Below are positions 42,197 to 51,479 of a DNA stretch of 64,000 nucleotides, in pieces (the stretch's first letter is position 1; each line of letters opens with the position of its first letter). This stretch comes from a virus (Duplodnaviria > Heunggongvirae > Uroviricota > Caudoviricetes), in IMG/VR virus record IMGVR_UViG_3300032007_000008. One strand, given 5' to 3'. The notes beneath the pieces were generated by a model. The model was not told the origin of the DNA, did not search any database, and saw only the letters and a list, made by a program, of their open reading frames with translations. Both the position numbers and the translations under genes were made by a program.

Positions 42197-42622
42197 TCAC
42201 CAATCTGCTATTTTTCCAACAGATTCTTTCAGAAATTCTAAAAATCCATTTTTAGGAACAAGTTCCTCGCGTCTTTTCCAATTGCTGCACGGTTCATTTT
42301 TCTCGTCAATAAGCCTAATGAAATTCGGATTTACCGTGCATGACAACGTGTATTTGTGAGTTGTCATTATGCAATAATTTTTGCAATATTCGCAATCCGA
42401 GCATTTATAGAACCTTTTTCGTATAAATGCCGATATTTTTAGCATAACAATCAGGAAAAACGTTGCAGGCCATATTACAGACAACCCTCCGACAAAAATA
42501 GATTCTCCCGGTTCACCTACGCCTCCAGCCAAATCGTCAAGCTTCCACAGAAGAAACATGGCGCACAGTATGTAACCGCCAAGCCAAATGAAGAAATACG
42601 TAAGCATCGATAAATCCGTCAA
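42197..42622 (-). CDS. Membrane protein (two TM helices) with a Cys-rich C-terminus
   Basis: The N-terminus has hydrophobic segments. The Cys cluster is CSDCEYCKNYC. Confidence 0.5.
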   Translation of the reverse strand: MTDLSMLTYFFIWLGGYILCAMFLLWKLDDLAGGVGEPGESIFVGGLSVIWPATFFLIVMLKISAFIRKRFYKCSDCEYCKNYCIMTTHKYTLSCTVNPNFIRLIDEKNEPCSNWKRREELVPKNGFLEFLKESVGKIADW

Positions 42623-43167
42623 TGGCCGCCGGTGCTTCCGAAACCACCGGCTCCTCGGTCGGTATCGTCAAGCTTATCAACCTCTACTATCGAAGATTGA
42701 ATGACAGGCACGACCTCACACTGTGCGACACGTTCTCCGTCCGTAACTAGCACCGAATAGGTAGGCGACGTGTTGTATAGACACACCATCACCTCTCCAC
42801 GATAGCCGCTGTCGATTATTCCTGTCGAATTTGACAGTATAAGCCCCTTCTTGATTCCTGTAGAAGACCTCACATGAACTTTGATTCCATAGCCTTCATC
42901 AGGCTGAAACGTAAGACCCGTATGAAGAAGAACCGATTCATGTGGGCCTATTCTGACGGCAAATTTTCCATATTGCTCCTTGGAGGATTCAAGCTCCGTC
43001 GCGTTAAACTCTCCACCTTCGACAAGCATTGGTGCGTTCACTCCGTCGTCAATAAGAACCCCAAGGTCGAAACAGATGTCGCCATCATGCTTGTATCCAT
43101 GTATTTCCGCACGGTTGCAAACCTTCTTGACGCGAACCGTTGGAATCGCTTTTTCGTCACTGCCCAT
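42619..43167 (-). CDS. dut: dUTP pyrophosphatase (dUTPase)
   Basis: Motif III is IDSGYRGEV and motif V is RGAGGFGSTG. An internal ATG with the RBS ggaggagg was chosen. Confidence 0.8.
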   Translation of the reverse strand: MGSDEKAIPTVRVKKVCNRAEIHGYKHDGDICFDLGVLIDDGVNAPMLVEGGEFNATELESSKEQYGKFAVRIGPHESVLLHTGLTFQPDEGYGIKVHVRSSTGIKKGLILSNSTGIIDSGYRGEVMVCLYNTSPTYSVLVTDGERVAQCEVVPVIQSSIVEVDKLDDTDRGAGGFGSTGGH

Positions 43168-44005
43168 CGTCGGATTCCTCCTCCATGAGGGACATGTACT
43201 TTTCGCGAAGAATCTCTGACCGTATGCTGTCGCAATGCTTGTTCTCCGCTTCGGCTGTAGCCTGCATGTCAACCTTGTCCTTGGCTTCGTCAGACTGAGC
43301 CTTCAATTTCTTCGTCTGAATCTGTACAAGCTTGGCGAAATCGGTTGACTTTATTCCAGACGGATTCGTTTCCTTGTCATACTGTAGCATCTTCGGAACT
43401 TCAAATTCGAAGATTGTCTCCTTTATCTCGCGCTTCTTGTCGTTTATCTGCTTTTGAATGTTGCAGGCCGACTCGAACACTTCGTTCAGCGTAGTATGTA
43501 TGGCATCGTTAGAAAACACGTCGGACACGTCTTCGAGTTTCCTATAGGACAGCTTCACTCCAAGCTTGTCAAGCTCCGTCTCAAGTTCGGAATGTCCGAG
43601 GTACTTGAGCATAGCGGCAACGTTGGAAAGTCTGCTGACTAGCTGTGAAAGCTTTTTCGAAATCTTCACGCTTACGCCGTCATCGTCGAGAGAATCCTCC
43701 TCGTCTATGAAAATCATCTCCTTGACCTGCTTGTACTGTGACGACGTATTTTTCTTAAATGCGGCAAGCAGTTCGTTTTCCGCAGGAGTCCTGTCCTTTT
43801 TCTTCTTGTCAAGTATGCTCTGTATGTCGTTTCGGCTTCTAAGCATAATATCGTAGAAAATCTCATAGTTTGAGCGGTTGCTGCTTTTGAGCGTTCCGTC
43901 AATCTCTATGTTTCGCTCGCTTCCACTTGAAAGTGCGCGTTCAAAATCATCCGAGCATATAAGCTTTTTCTGCTCGGCAACTAATGCTGAATCGTTATTT
44001 GCCAT
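43157..44005 (-). CDS. Hypothetical protein (282 aa)
   Basis: The ORF is clean. Its 3' end overlaps the dut start. Confidence 0.55.
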   Translation of the reverse strand: MANNDSALVAEQKKLICSDDFERALSSGSERNIEIDGTLKSSNRSNYEIFYDIMLRSRNDIQSILDKKKKDRTPAENELLAAFKKNTSSQYKQVKEMIFIDEEDSLDDDGVSVKISKKLSQLVSRLSNVAAMLKYLGHSELETELDKLGVKLSYRKLEDVSDVFSNDAIHTTLNEVFESACNIQKQINDKKREIKETIFEFEVPKMLQYDKETNPSGIKSTDFAKLVQIQTKKLKAQSDEAKDKVDMQATAEAENKHCDSIRSEILREKYMSLMEEESDDGQ

Positions 44006-44009
44006 ATAT

Positions 44010-44261
44010 CTATCCGTTATTTTTTGAAATTTTTCTGATTACTATGAACTTGGAATACGAGCCATAGTCCACAATCCACTCTCCGCTATTCCTCATCACG
44101 GTTCTATAGTATCTTTTCGTGGATGAATCCGTGCAATACGCAATGTCAAGCATGGTGTTCATTGCATCTCCACGGGTGTCAAAAGGACCGTATACGATTC
44201 CTGTCGGAACATCGTCTCCGTTGGAGAAAAATCCCTCGAATTTGTCGTTTTCGTCATCCAT
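44010..44261 (-). CDS. Hypothetical protein (83 aa)
   Basis: The RBS is aagggg. Confidence 0.5.
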   Translation of the reverse strand: MDDENDKFEGFFSNGDDVPTGIVYGPFDTRGDAMNTMLDIAYCTDSSTKRYYRTVMRNSGEWIVDYGSYSKFIVIRKISKNNG

Positions 44262-44504
44262 ATAAAGGTTGCCCCTTACGGGGGCAGGTCGGGTTTGAAG
44301 TTTTCCTTCTTCGAAACACGGAAACGGCCTTCTAAATCTTGACTGTTAATTCTTCATTCTTGATTTTTTACTGTCTAAGATATGAATCTTGAAGCCGATG
44401 GCTTTTGTCGATGTCAGTATCTGTTTCAATTCACTGATGTTCAGTGACGTTGTGGCAGTATTCAAGACGAATACTAACTTTGGCCGAACCGCGTCTCAGA
44501 CAAA

Positions 44505-45023
44505 TCAGTCCGGTATTTCAACGAACGTCTTCGCGTTATATTCGTCGATTTCGTCCTGCAAGGTGTTAACCCTGTCGCTGTAAGCCTTTTGAGTTTCAAG
44601 GAAAAACTCCGTATCAAGCGCATAGTGGTTTATCAGCATGTTGCGCTCGCTACCGTAAGGCTCTACAGTGTTACGGCCTGTATGGAACGAACCAATCTCC
44701 GAAAGGGCCGACTTCGCTTCCGTCAGTGAGACGAGAAGCTCGGCTGCACCCGCGTTGGCCTTTGTGATGGCCGTCTTGATTGCGACCAGACGCTCCTTCA
44801 TGGACTCGTATACACGGAAAAGGCTGAGCGGGTCTGTGTTTCCTCTCTCCTTTGCGGCTATTTCAGCCACGTAGTCTTTCGAAATCTCGCTTGTGTTCGA
44901 GCCTTCCGAAACCGTAATCACCTTTCTTACAAGATTGTGGTCGTTGAATATGCTCCGTATTCGGTTGATTTCACCGATAAGGCGGTTCTTTTCCTTGAGA
45001 GCACGTGCCAATGTTACTCGCAT
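44505..45023 (-). CDS. Hypothetical protein (172 aa), distal gene of the NAD-salvage operon
   Basis: The ORF is 17 nt downstream of pncA. Confidence 0.5.
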   Translation of the reverse strand: MRVTLARALKEKNRLIGEINRIRSIFNDHNLVRKVITVSEGSNTSEISKDYVAEIAAKERGNTDPLSLFRVYESMKERLVAIKTAITKANAGAAELLVSLTEAKSALSEIGSFHTGRNTVEPYGSERNMLINHYALDTEFFLETQKAYSDRVNTLQDEIDEYNAKTFVEIPD

Positions 45024-45039
45024 GTTTGCTTCCTTTCTG

Positions 45040-45627
45040 TTATTGCTGAATGCTTACGATGTCTATGTGGCAGTTTTTGGCCACGGTTAATGCGGCAGAA
45101 TGGGACTCGTCGTTGATGTCGCCGCAAAGATTTTCGACGATTGTAATCTTGACGTTAGGATAGAACGCACGGAGGATTAGCGCGTTGCTGATTACGCATA
45201 TCGAAGTGCAGAACCCGCAGATTCTGATTTCCTCAAGCTTCTCCTTGCAGCCGCCAAGGTTCGTGTCCGCGTTTCCGAAATCGTGACCGAAACGACCGAG
45301 CATGTCAAGAGAGCCGAATGTGCGCTTCTGTATGATATGCCCCTGAGGTACGATTACGTCTCCATTCTCGTCCTTTACAAGCCCATCTACGATACGCCAT
45401 CCCTCACTTCCCTCGATGCAGTGCTTCGTCGGCAGCTTCTGTCCCTCAAGAGAACTGCCGTAGGTCGCATCCTTATGCGTATCCATAGTCGCATATATCG
45501 AGAATCCCTTCGAACGGCACTCCTTTGCGTACTCGATAATGCGGGGTGCTGTCTTTCTCGCCCATTCGGAACCTAAAGTTCCCGAAACGAAATCGTTTTG
45601 AACGTCAACCAATAGTAATGCTTTCAT
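45040..45627 (-). CDS. pncA: Nicotinamidase / isochorismatase-family cysteine hydrolase (PncA-like)
   Basis: The N-terminal motif is LLLVDVQNDF. A catalytic-Cys region, ICGFCTSICV, is present. Confidence 0.7.
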   Translation of the reverse strand: MKALLLVDVQNDFVSGTLGSEWARKTAPRIIEYAKECRSKGFSIYATMDTHKDATYGSSLEGQKLPTKHCIEGSEGWRIVDGLVKDENGDVIVPQGHIIQKRTFGSLDMLGRFGHDFGNADTNLGGCKEKLEEIRICGFCTSICVISNALILRAFYPNVKITIVENLCGDINDESHSAALTVAKNCHIDIVSIQQ

Positions 45628-45652
45628 TTGTTTTTTGTTCCTTTATAAGATG

Positions 45653-46480
45653 CTATTGCTGAATCTCGCCAACTTCCCGCACTAGACTGCGCTTCAGCAC
45701 AAAATTTTCAAAATTGTGGAATTTTGGTCCTGGTATGACAACCATTCTCGTCTTGAACTTGTTCTTCTCAAATAGCGAATCGACACGGCACTTGAACTCG
45801 TCGTCTCCCTCGTTTAGGCGAATGTACCTGTCAAGTCTCTTGTATGTGAATCCAAGCCTCTCCTCGTCGCTCTGCGGCTGTAATCCGTCAACAGGCGTCT
45901 TGTGGACAAGATGCCATGGAAGACCGAGCCAATCCCCAAGTTGCAGTATCTCCGTTACTGTAAGACCCTGAAGCGGAGCATAAGAGCCTGCATTGTCACC
46001 AAAAAGAGTTGCATATCCACAAACGTCTTCAGACAGGTTGCAGGTATTCAATACGATTCCGTCAATCGTCTGCGCAATCGCATAGAGAGTCGTCATTCTG
46101 AGACGAGCTGGCATGTTGATTACGGCATCGGTAGAAATCTTAACACCGTGTATACCGTCAATCCACTCTTTTAGAGAATCGAATGCTTCTCCAATGTCAA
46201 CAGTATAACTGGAAATCTCAAGGGCATTCACGACATCGAACGAATCGTCAATGTCCTTCTGACCGTTGCATGGCATAAGAACACCAATCACACGGTCTTT
46301 GCCGAAAATCCTAGATGCAAGAGCAGCCACAACGGTGGAGTCCTTGCCGCCGCTGATTCCAACGACGAACTTCTTGCTTCCGAAGTTCAGTTCGTCGCAC
46401 CACTTAGTCCAGTCTCGCCTAATCTCCTCAAACGCGACTTCCGCGTCAAACTTGTAGTCGTTTTCCATAACGCCAATCAT
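45653..46480 (-). CDS. nadE: NH3-dependent NAD+ synthetase (NadE)
   Basis: The PP-loop VVGISGGKDST (SGGxDS) is present. The length is about 275 aa. Confidence 0.75.
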   Translation of the reverse strand: MIGVMENDYKFDAEVAFEEIRRDWTKWCDELNFGSKKFVVGISGGKDSTVVAALASRIFGKDRVIGVLMPCNGQKDIDDSFDVVNALEISSYTVDIGEAFDSLKEWIDGIHGVKISTDAVINMPARLRMTTLYAIAQTIDGIVLNTCNLSEDVCGYATLFGDNAGSYAPLQGLTVTEILQLGDWLGLPWHLVHKTPVDGLQPQSDEERLGFTYKRLDRYIRLNEGDDEFKCRVDSLFEKNKFKTRMVVIPGPKFHNFENFVLKRSLVREVGEIQQ

Positions 46481-46492
46481 TATATCACATGT

Positions 46493-47080
46493 TCAGTTTT
46501 TGCGCAACAACAAAGATTCGCCATTTTTGCAAAAAATCTGCAAAAGTCCGCTTGCCGACAAACGGAGATAGGCACCAGCCATCAAAGACGAACCCTTTCC
46601 GTTCATAAAGTCTTGAAACATCTCCATTTTGTCCTTCCAATATACCTCAAGCTTTTCATGCAAATCTGGATGTGGAATGCCTTCTTTGTAGTTTTCATCC
46701 CCCAAAAGTCTAAGATTCACATAGAAATAGTGCATGTGGTTCGTCATGAACGCCGGATTTGCCGCGAAACAACCAAGATATTTCAAATGCTTCGCATCAA
46801 TCTGGTATCCAGTCTCCTCATAAAGCTCCCTGACTGCCGCATCTACTGGAGATTCGCCGTCCTCAACCATTCCGCAGGGAAATTCCTCGAATTTCTCCAT
46901 AATTCCATATCGCAACTGCTTCACGGCAAGATAGTTTGAATTTTGCTCGACTATGACGCTAACCCAATCCGAAGACGATACCACCGTCGGATTGAATCCT
47001 ATGCTGAAATCGTAGTCTATCCTCGTACCTACGTCAAATATTGGCGTTTTAAGAAGAGATGTTATAGTTTCATGTTTCAT
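46493..47080 (-). CDS. Nudix hydrolase (ADP-ribose pyrophosphatase-like)
   Basis: The Nudix box is GMVEDGESPVDAAVRELYEETGY. An internal ATG immediately after the upstream stop was chosen. Confidence 0.65.
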   Translation of the reverse strand: MKHETITSLLKTPIFDVGTRIDYDFSIGFNPTVVSSSDWVSVIVEQNSNYLAVKQLRYGIMEKFEEFPCGMVEDGESPVDAAVRELYEETGYQIDAKHLKYLGCFAANPAFMTNHMHYFYVNLRLLGDENYKEGIPHPDLHEKLEVYWKDKMEMFQDFMNGKGSSLMAGAYLRLSASGLLQIFCKNGESLLLRKN

Positions 47081-47081
47081 A

Positions 47082-47759
47082 TCAGTATTTCTCAAGTATA
47101 TAATCAAGGAGCATTTCGAAGCCGTCATCGTGCTCGGCAAAAACTTCACGAACCCTAGATGCAGAAACGTCGGAAAACGCATCTCCCAATGTTATTGTTC
47201 TGTCTATCGGTATGTCCGACGGAACGTTTGTGCCGCTTCGTCCTCCAACAACAATTATCTTCGTGTTGTTTATGATGTCATCATAATGGTACCAACTTCT
47301 AAGCTTCTCAGCACTGTCGCTTCCTATCGCAGTATACACTTCGGTTGTTTTTGGATAGCTTACCTTTATTCCGAGAAGAGTATCTATGAATCTCCTGCCT
47401 GAGATAAGCTCGTTCGCAACGCCAGTGCTGTTTTGCGACTCAAGTAGCATTTCGCGAAATCTGAGTTCCCTGTCATCTATCAGAATTCTTGTTGCACAAC
47501 CATCCTTTCCGTATGGTGTGTTGCTGCAATAAGGACTGAATCCGCTTACGGAATAACCATGCTTGTACAGAGCCGCCCGTATGCATTCCGTCTTCTGAAA
47601 ATCGCTTAGCCATGGCTTCTTTCCGTTTCTATGGTAATTCACAATCGTAGGCACCACATGGATGAACGAGAATTCGTCTAGCTCATAAAGCTTATCTATT
47701 ATTTGCTGGTGGCTTATCGTCCACGGGTCGAACGTGCCTCCAAATACGCAGATTTTCAT
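47082..47759 (-). CDS. nadD: Nicotinate/nicotinamide mononucleotide adenylyltransferase (NadD/NMNAT-like cytidylyltransferase fold)
   Basis: The N-terminus is FGGTFDPWTISH ((T/H)xGH-type). A C-terminal SxxxxR-type motif, SDVSASRVRE, is present. Confidence 0.65.
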   Translation of the reverse strand: MKICVFGGTFDPWTISHQQIIDKLYELDEFSFIHVVPTIVNYHRNGKKPWLSDFQKTECIRAALYKHGYSVSGFSPYCSNTPYGKDGCATRILIDDRELRFREMLLESQNSTGVANELISGRRFIDTLLGIKVSYPKTTEVYTAIGSDSAEKLRSWYHYDDIINNTKIIVVGGRSGTNVPSDIPIDRTITLGDAFSDVSASRVREVFAEHDDGFEMLLDYILEKY

Positions 47760-47806
47760 TTGCAGTGCCTACAGTTAGGGATATGACCGACCTGAATTCC
47801 ACGCCA

Positions 47807-49099
47807 TTACCGTCCATGCATAAGCCGCCAGTCTATGCAACGCTGAAGATACTTGACATATTCTTCGTCTTTGCACATGCCCTTTCCTGGCGTGTTCGAC
47901 AACTTTGCAACAGGCGAACCGTTGCATTCGGTCATCTTAAATACAATGTTCAGTGAATCTTCAAACGGACAGCTGAGATACGTTCCGATTCCGAATGCGA
48001 CCTTTGCGCGTCCCTCGAAGTGTTTCTGAATCTTCGAAGCCTTTTCGAAATTAAGGCTGTCGCTAAACAGTAGAGTCTTCTCAGACGGGTCGAATCCGAG
48101 ATTCTTGTAGTGCGAAATCATCATCTCGCCCCATTCGTAGGGGTCTCCGCTGTCATGGCGAACGCCACTGAACAACTTTGCGTATGTCTTCGTGAAATCC
48201 TTGAGGAACACGGACGTTCCAAGGGTATCGGTAAGAGCGATACCAAGGTCAGTCTCGTATTCCTTTACCCAATACTGCAACGCGAACTTGTTCGAATATG
48301 CAGGATTAAGCTCGAAATCCCCCTGAAACGCCATGAAATATTCATGTGCCTGCGTTCCAACGGCCTTGACGTTGTATTTCTTGGCGAGGTACACGTTCGA
48401 CGTTCCGACAAATCCGCCAAGGTTCCTGCTCAATATGTATCCGATTAGCCAATCCTGCATTTTCGCGGAATAGCGACGACGCATCCCAAACTCGGAGAAT
48501 GTGAATGGAGAATAGTGCGTCTTCGCGTACTCATCGAGCTTGTCGATGAAAACAGGCGTACCGTTGTAAGCAGATGTAATCCTATCGACTTCATCTTGGC
48601 TTTCGAAAAGACTGAACTTCTCTATTGTCTTAGCCTTGAATTCATCGTCACGCGCAGAGATTCCGTACTTAAATGCGAAATAGACCTCGTTCACGATTGC
48701 CAAAATCGCAATCTCGTACATGGATGTGTTCAGCCAAGTTCCACGAGCCTCAATAGCGAGTCCGCAGTCGTTATATGCCACCATTCCTGGTTCATTAACG
48801 TGGATTTCGTCAATGAACGGGTGCCACAAACGGAGAAAATCTATATAATCCGAGTGAATCCACGGAAGTTTCTCCTTAAGCCACTTAAGCTCATGCTCGG
48901 TAAACTTCAACGTGCAGTAGTGGGCTATCTGAGCCTTTATCTCATCAACCATTTCCTGCGTGAACTTGACCTTCGCGTTTCGGCACTTGAAAGACCATGT
49001 AGTTGTATATCTGCTGAAGTTGTGGAATACCACCTGTCCCATGGAGAACTTGTAGGCATCCGTCTCAAGAAGAGAAACTATGATTGGGCTTAATTTCAT
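47807..49099 (-). CDS. pncB: Nicotinate phosphoribosyltransferase (PncB, type II PRTase)
   Basis: The N-terminal segment LLETDAYKFSMGQVVFHNF ... SFKCRN closely matches E. coli PncB (LLDTDAYKLHMQQAVFHHY ... EFRCRG). The start was set at the ATG after the promoter. Confidence 0.75.
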   Translation of the reverse strand: MKLSPIIVSLLETDAYKFSMGQVVFHNFSRYTTTWSFKCRNAKVKFTQEMVDEIKAQIAHYCTLKFTEHELKWLKEKLPWIHSDYIDFLRLWHPFIDEIHVNEPGMVAYNDCGLAIEARGTWLNTSMYEIAILAIVNEVYFAFKYGISARDDEFKAKTIEKFSLFESQDEVDRITSAYNGTPVFIDKLDEYAKTHYSPFTFSEFGMRRRYSAKMQDWLIGYILSRNLGGFVGTSNVYLAKKYNVKAVGTQAHEYFMAFQGDFELNPAYSNKFALQYWVKEYETDLGIALTDTLGTSVFLKDFTKTYAKLFSGVRHDSGDPYEWGEMMISHYKNLGFDPSEKTLLFSDSLNFEKASKIQKHFEGRAKVAFGIGTYLSCPFEDSLNIVFKMTECNGSPVAKLSNTPGKGMCKDEEYVKYLQRCIDWRLMHGR

Positions 49100-49109
49100 A
49101 ACGCACAAC

Positions 49110-49138
49110 ATTATACCACAGCGTACTAGTTTTGGGAA
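49110..49138 (-). promoter_or_regulatory. Promoter (minus strand) TTCCCA-N17-TATAAT with extended TGtGg. The ATG is 12 nt downstream, so the leader is short or absent.
   Basis: The reverse complement reads ttcccaaaactagtacgctgtggtataatgttgtgcgttATG. Confidence 0.55.
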
Positions 49139-49338
49139 GAGGTAAATAGTTCTTTTGAAATCAAATAGTTTAGCATTATGCACTCTTGCAAAATTCGAGA
49201 CCTGAGAGTCTCGAACTGCGTCAAGTCAGCTCCGCTAGGCGGATTTACCATATGAACTATCCGCTGTATTTCCGCAAAACTTCCATCTATCTTCGAAAGA
49301 AGTTTCAAGTCATCCATGGTTTTTATGTTCATGCTCAA
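49126..49338 (-). CDS. Hypothetical protein (70 aa)
   Basis: An ORF in a tightly packed minus-strand array. Confidence 0.4.
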   Translation of the reverse strand: MSMNIKTMDDLKLLSKIDGSFAEIQRIVHMVNPPSGADLTQFETLRSRILQECIMLNYLISKELFTSSQN

Positions 49339-49778
49339 TTGTTCTTGTAGTAATCAGCCACAGCATTCTCAAGCTTTTCCTTCTTGTCGGCTGCATTTTC
49401 AAAAAGAGTACGCCATTCAGGAATTTCTACACGAATCTTGTTGTTTCCATCTATGTAGCTGACGGTTATTTTCGTCACGCTGTGCAAATCAGCAAAATCC
49501 GGTGTGATTGGAAGGCGACAGTCATCCCAACGAATGTCATCGTAGTCGTCGTTGCAGAAAAATTTCCAATCTTCACTGTCCTCAAAATGATGCCCATTCG
49601 ATTGCAAAAACGAAATGAAATACAATAAGAGGTCTGTGTTCTCGAACTTGTCCACTGAGATGCAGTTAGTTCTGCTAACATAGTCAGCGTCATTCCAATC
49701 CCCCTCTATAAACACCTCATAATGGGGAGATGATGTCGCACCTGCAACCTTTTTGAACTTTTTTGCCAATTCAGTCAT
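49335..49778 (-). CDS. Hypothetical protein (147 aa)
   Basis: The ORF is clean, with an ATGA overlap. Confidence 0.5.
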   Translation of the reverse strand: MTELAKKFKKVAGATSSPHYEVFIEGDWNDADYVSRTNCISVDKFENTDLLLYFISFLQSNGHHFEDSEDWKFFCNDDYDDIRWDDCRLPITPDFADLHSVTKITVSYIDGNNKIRVEIPEWRTLFENAADKKEKLENAVADYYKNN

Positions 49779-50025
49779 TGTTGTTTCCTTTCTCGTTGTT
49801 CTCTTTCTCGTTGTCGTGTTTCAAGTTTCTACAGTCTACATACGAAATTCCATGAATGCTGTCAAGTGCCGACGACAGGTATGAAAAGCATTCGGATGGA
49901 CTTTCAGGCTGGTGATGAAGAGCACCTATGGCCATGTTTTCTATGTCCCTGAGCTTTTTTCGCAACAGCTCATTCGCTGATTCAATATCCGAAATTCCTT
50001 CTCCGCAATCTTTCATGAAAATCAA
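49771..50025 (-). CDS. Hypothetical protein (84 aa)
   Basis: An ORF in the array. Confidence 0.45.
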   Translation of the reverse strand: MIFMKDCGEGISDIESANELLRKKLRDIENMAIGALHHQPESPSECFSYLSSALDSIHGISYVDCRNLKHDNEKENNEKGNNND

Positions 50026-50339
50026 TTCCTTTTCTTTGGTTTTCTCGTGACATCAAACGGATAGCATATCGTGTCCACAACAGCTTCGCAGCAGTCGTCC
50101 GCAAAGACTACAAGCCCCAACGGAATCGTCAGAACGTTGTACCATTCCAAATCGTTACCTCCGCTTGGTTTCATGCATTGAGGAAAAGCCGTCACTATTG
50201 TCCACAGGTACATCTCGCCTGTTGACTGGTAGGTATCCTCTATCCGTCTGTCGGTGATTGGATTGCGAACATACATGTTCATGCATCCGCTCAACATAAC
50301 CACCGACAAAATAAGTATTGCGCATCTAAAAAAATTCAT
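50022..50339 (-). CDS. Lipoprotein (signal peptide followed by the lipobox LSGC)
   Basis: An internal ATG with the RBS ggagcgag was chosen. The N-terminus reads MNFFRCAILILSVVMLSGC. Confidence 0.5.
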   Translation of the reverse strand: MNFFRCAILILSVVMLSGCMNMYVRNPITDRRIEDTYQSTGEMYLWTIVTAFPQCMKPSGGNDLEWYNVLTIPLGLVVFADDCCEAVVDTICYPFDVTRKPKKRN

Positions 50340-50352
50340 ACTCGCTCCATTT

Positions 50353-51168
50353 TCAATTGGCTTTGACATCATCGAGACCGTCTCGAATCTTTCCATCGTT
50401 CTGTGATTCACCGCATAGCTGCGTGAACTCGCTCGCTATCTCACGACGGTAGTAGAACCTGCATCCTTCATACTTTTCGGATAGAACTTGCAAAAACGTC
50501 CGTCCGTGGAGCTTATGATATGCTCCACAGTCTAGCGTGTAATCTTTCATCGTCTCAAGTACGTCCTTGTCCTCGAAGAGAAACGCAATCTTCTTCGGTT
50601 TAGCCTCATTACCCTCCCCCTCCGATTCTTTGGACATCAGTGCTGGGATAGACTGCTCTATCTCACGAATGGCATCCCATGGAGCCTGTCTAATTCTCCT
50701 AGACCAATAGTCTCCATTTCCGTTAATGCATATAATCTCATAATCCCTCAGAAAATCAGTACTTGCTGCCCCCTTGAGAAATCTCAACGCCTCATCCCGA
50801 AATTCATATCTGTTCACACTTATCGGTGCTTCTCCGCTACACTGCTCCTTCGCCTCTTTAAACGACTTCAGTAGATTCGAAAGAACATCTTCTCCATCGT
50901 CGCGATACGAACAATCGAGATTCTTGACAAGACCGTACAAAAGAACTTTTATAGAATCAAGCCGAGCGGCAAGCTCATCCACAGTTTCACCATCGTGGTT
51001 GCTCGAAAGGTTTCTCGAATAGCATCCATACGAGCATACGTTTCTGATGCATTCTCTGAGAACCATCAAGTCCTTTGCAATAGTCGAAGCCCATCCGGAC
51101 TCCCATTCAAGAGTCATGCGAAGCGTTTCTTTTTCGCTCGCTCCTATAGTACAGCATCCTGCTCCCAT
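50353..51168 (-). CDS. Hypothetical protein (271 aa)
   Basis: The ORF is clean. Confidence 0.5.
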   Translation of the reverse strand: MGAGCCTIGASEKETLRMTLEWESGWASTIAKDLMVLRECIRNVCSYGCYSRNLSSNHDGETVDELAARLDSIKVLLYGLVKNLDCSYRDDGEDVLSNLLKSFKEAKEQCSGEAPISVNRYEFRDEALRFLKGAASTDFLRDYEIICINGNGDYWSRRIRQAPWDAIREIEQSIPALMSKESEGEGNEAKPKKIAFLFEDKDVLETMKDYTLDCGAYHKLHGRTFLQVLSEKYEGCRFYYRREIASEFTQLCGESQNDGKIRDGLDDVKAN

Positions 51169-51193
51169 TTATATTCCTCGTTTCATTGTTTCG

Positions 51194-51406
51194 TTAAATT
51201 TCATTTGATATCGTCTTGCATAGCTTCGCCGCGCAATCGTCGCATAATCTATGCTGATGGTTTCCTATAGCAAAGCTTATCGTTGCTGAATTGGCGCACG
51301 TCTCGCAGCTGTCTTCATTCGGCTTCATGTGGCGAACTTCAAAATCCCTCAGAACAGAAGTCGCAACTTCGGGAAATGGTATATGTGGCATGTCTTCGTA
51401 TCGCAT
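51194..51406 (-). CDS. Small zinc-finger-like protein (CxxC...CxxC)
   Basis: The Cys pairs CETC and CDDC are visible. Confidence 0.45.
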   Translation of the reverse strand: MRYEDMPHIPFPEVATSVLRDFEVRHMKPNEDSCETCANSATISFAIGNHQHRLCDDCAAKLCKTISNEI

Positions 51407-51479
51407 GTTCTCTCCAATCCATTTGTCACGCGGAAACAGCCCCTTGAGCGATTTCTTCGTCGTCTAGGCGTTTCCCCAC

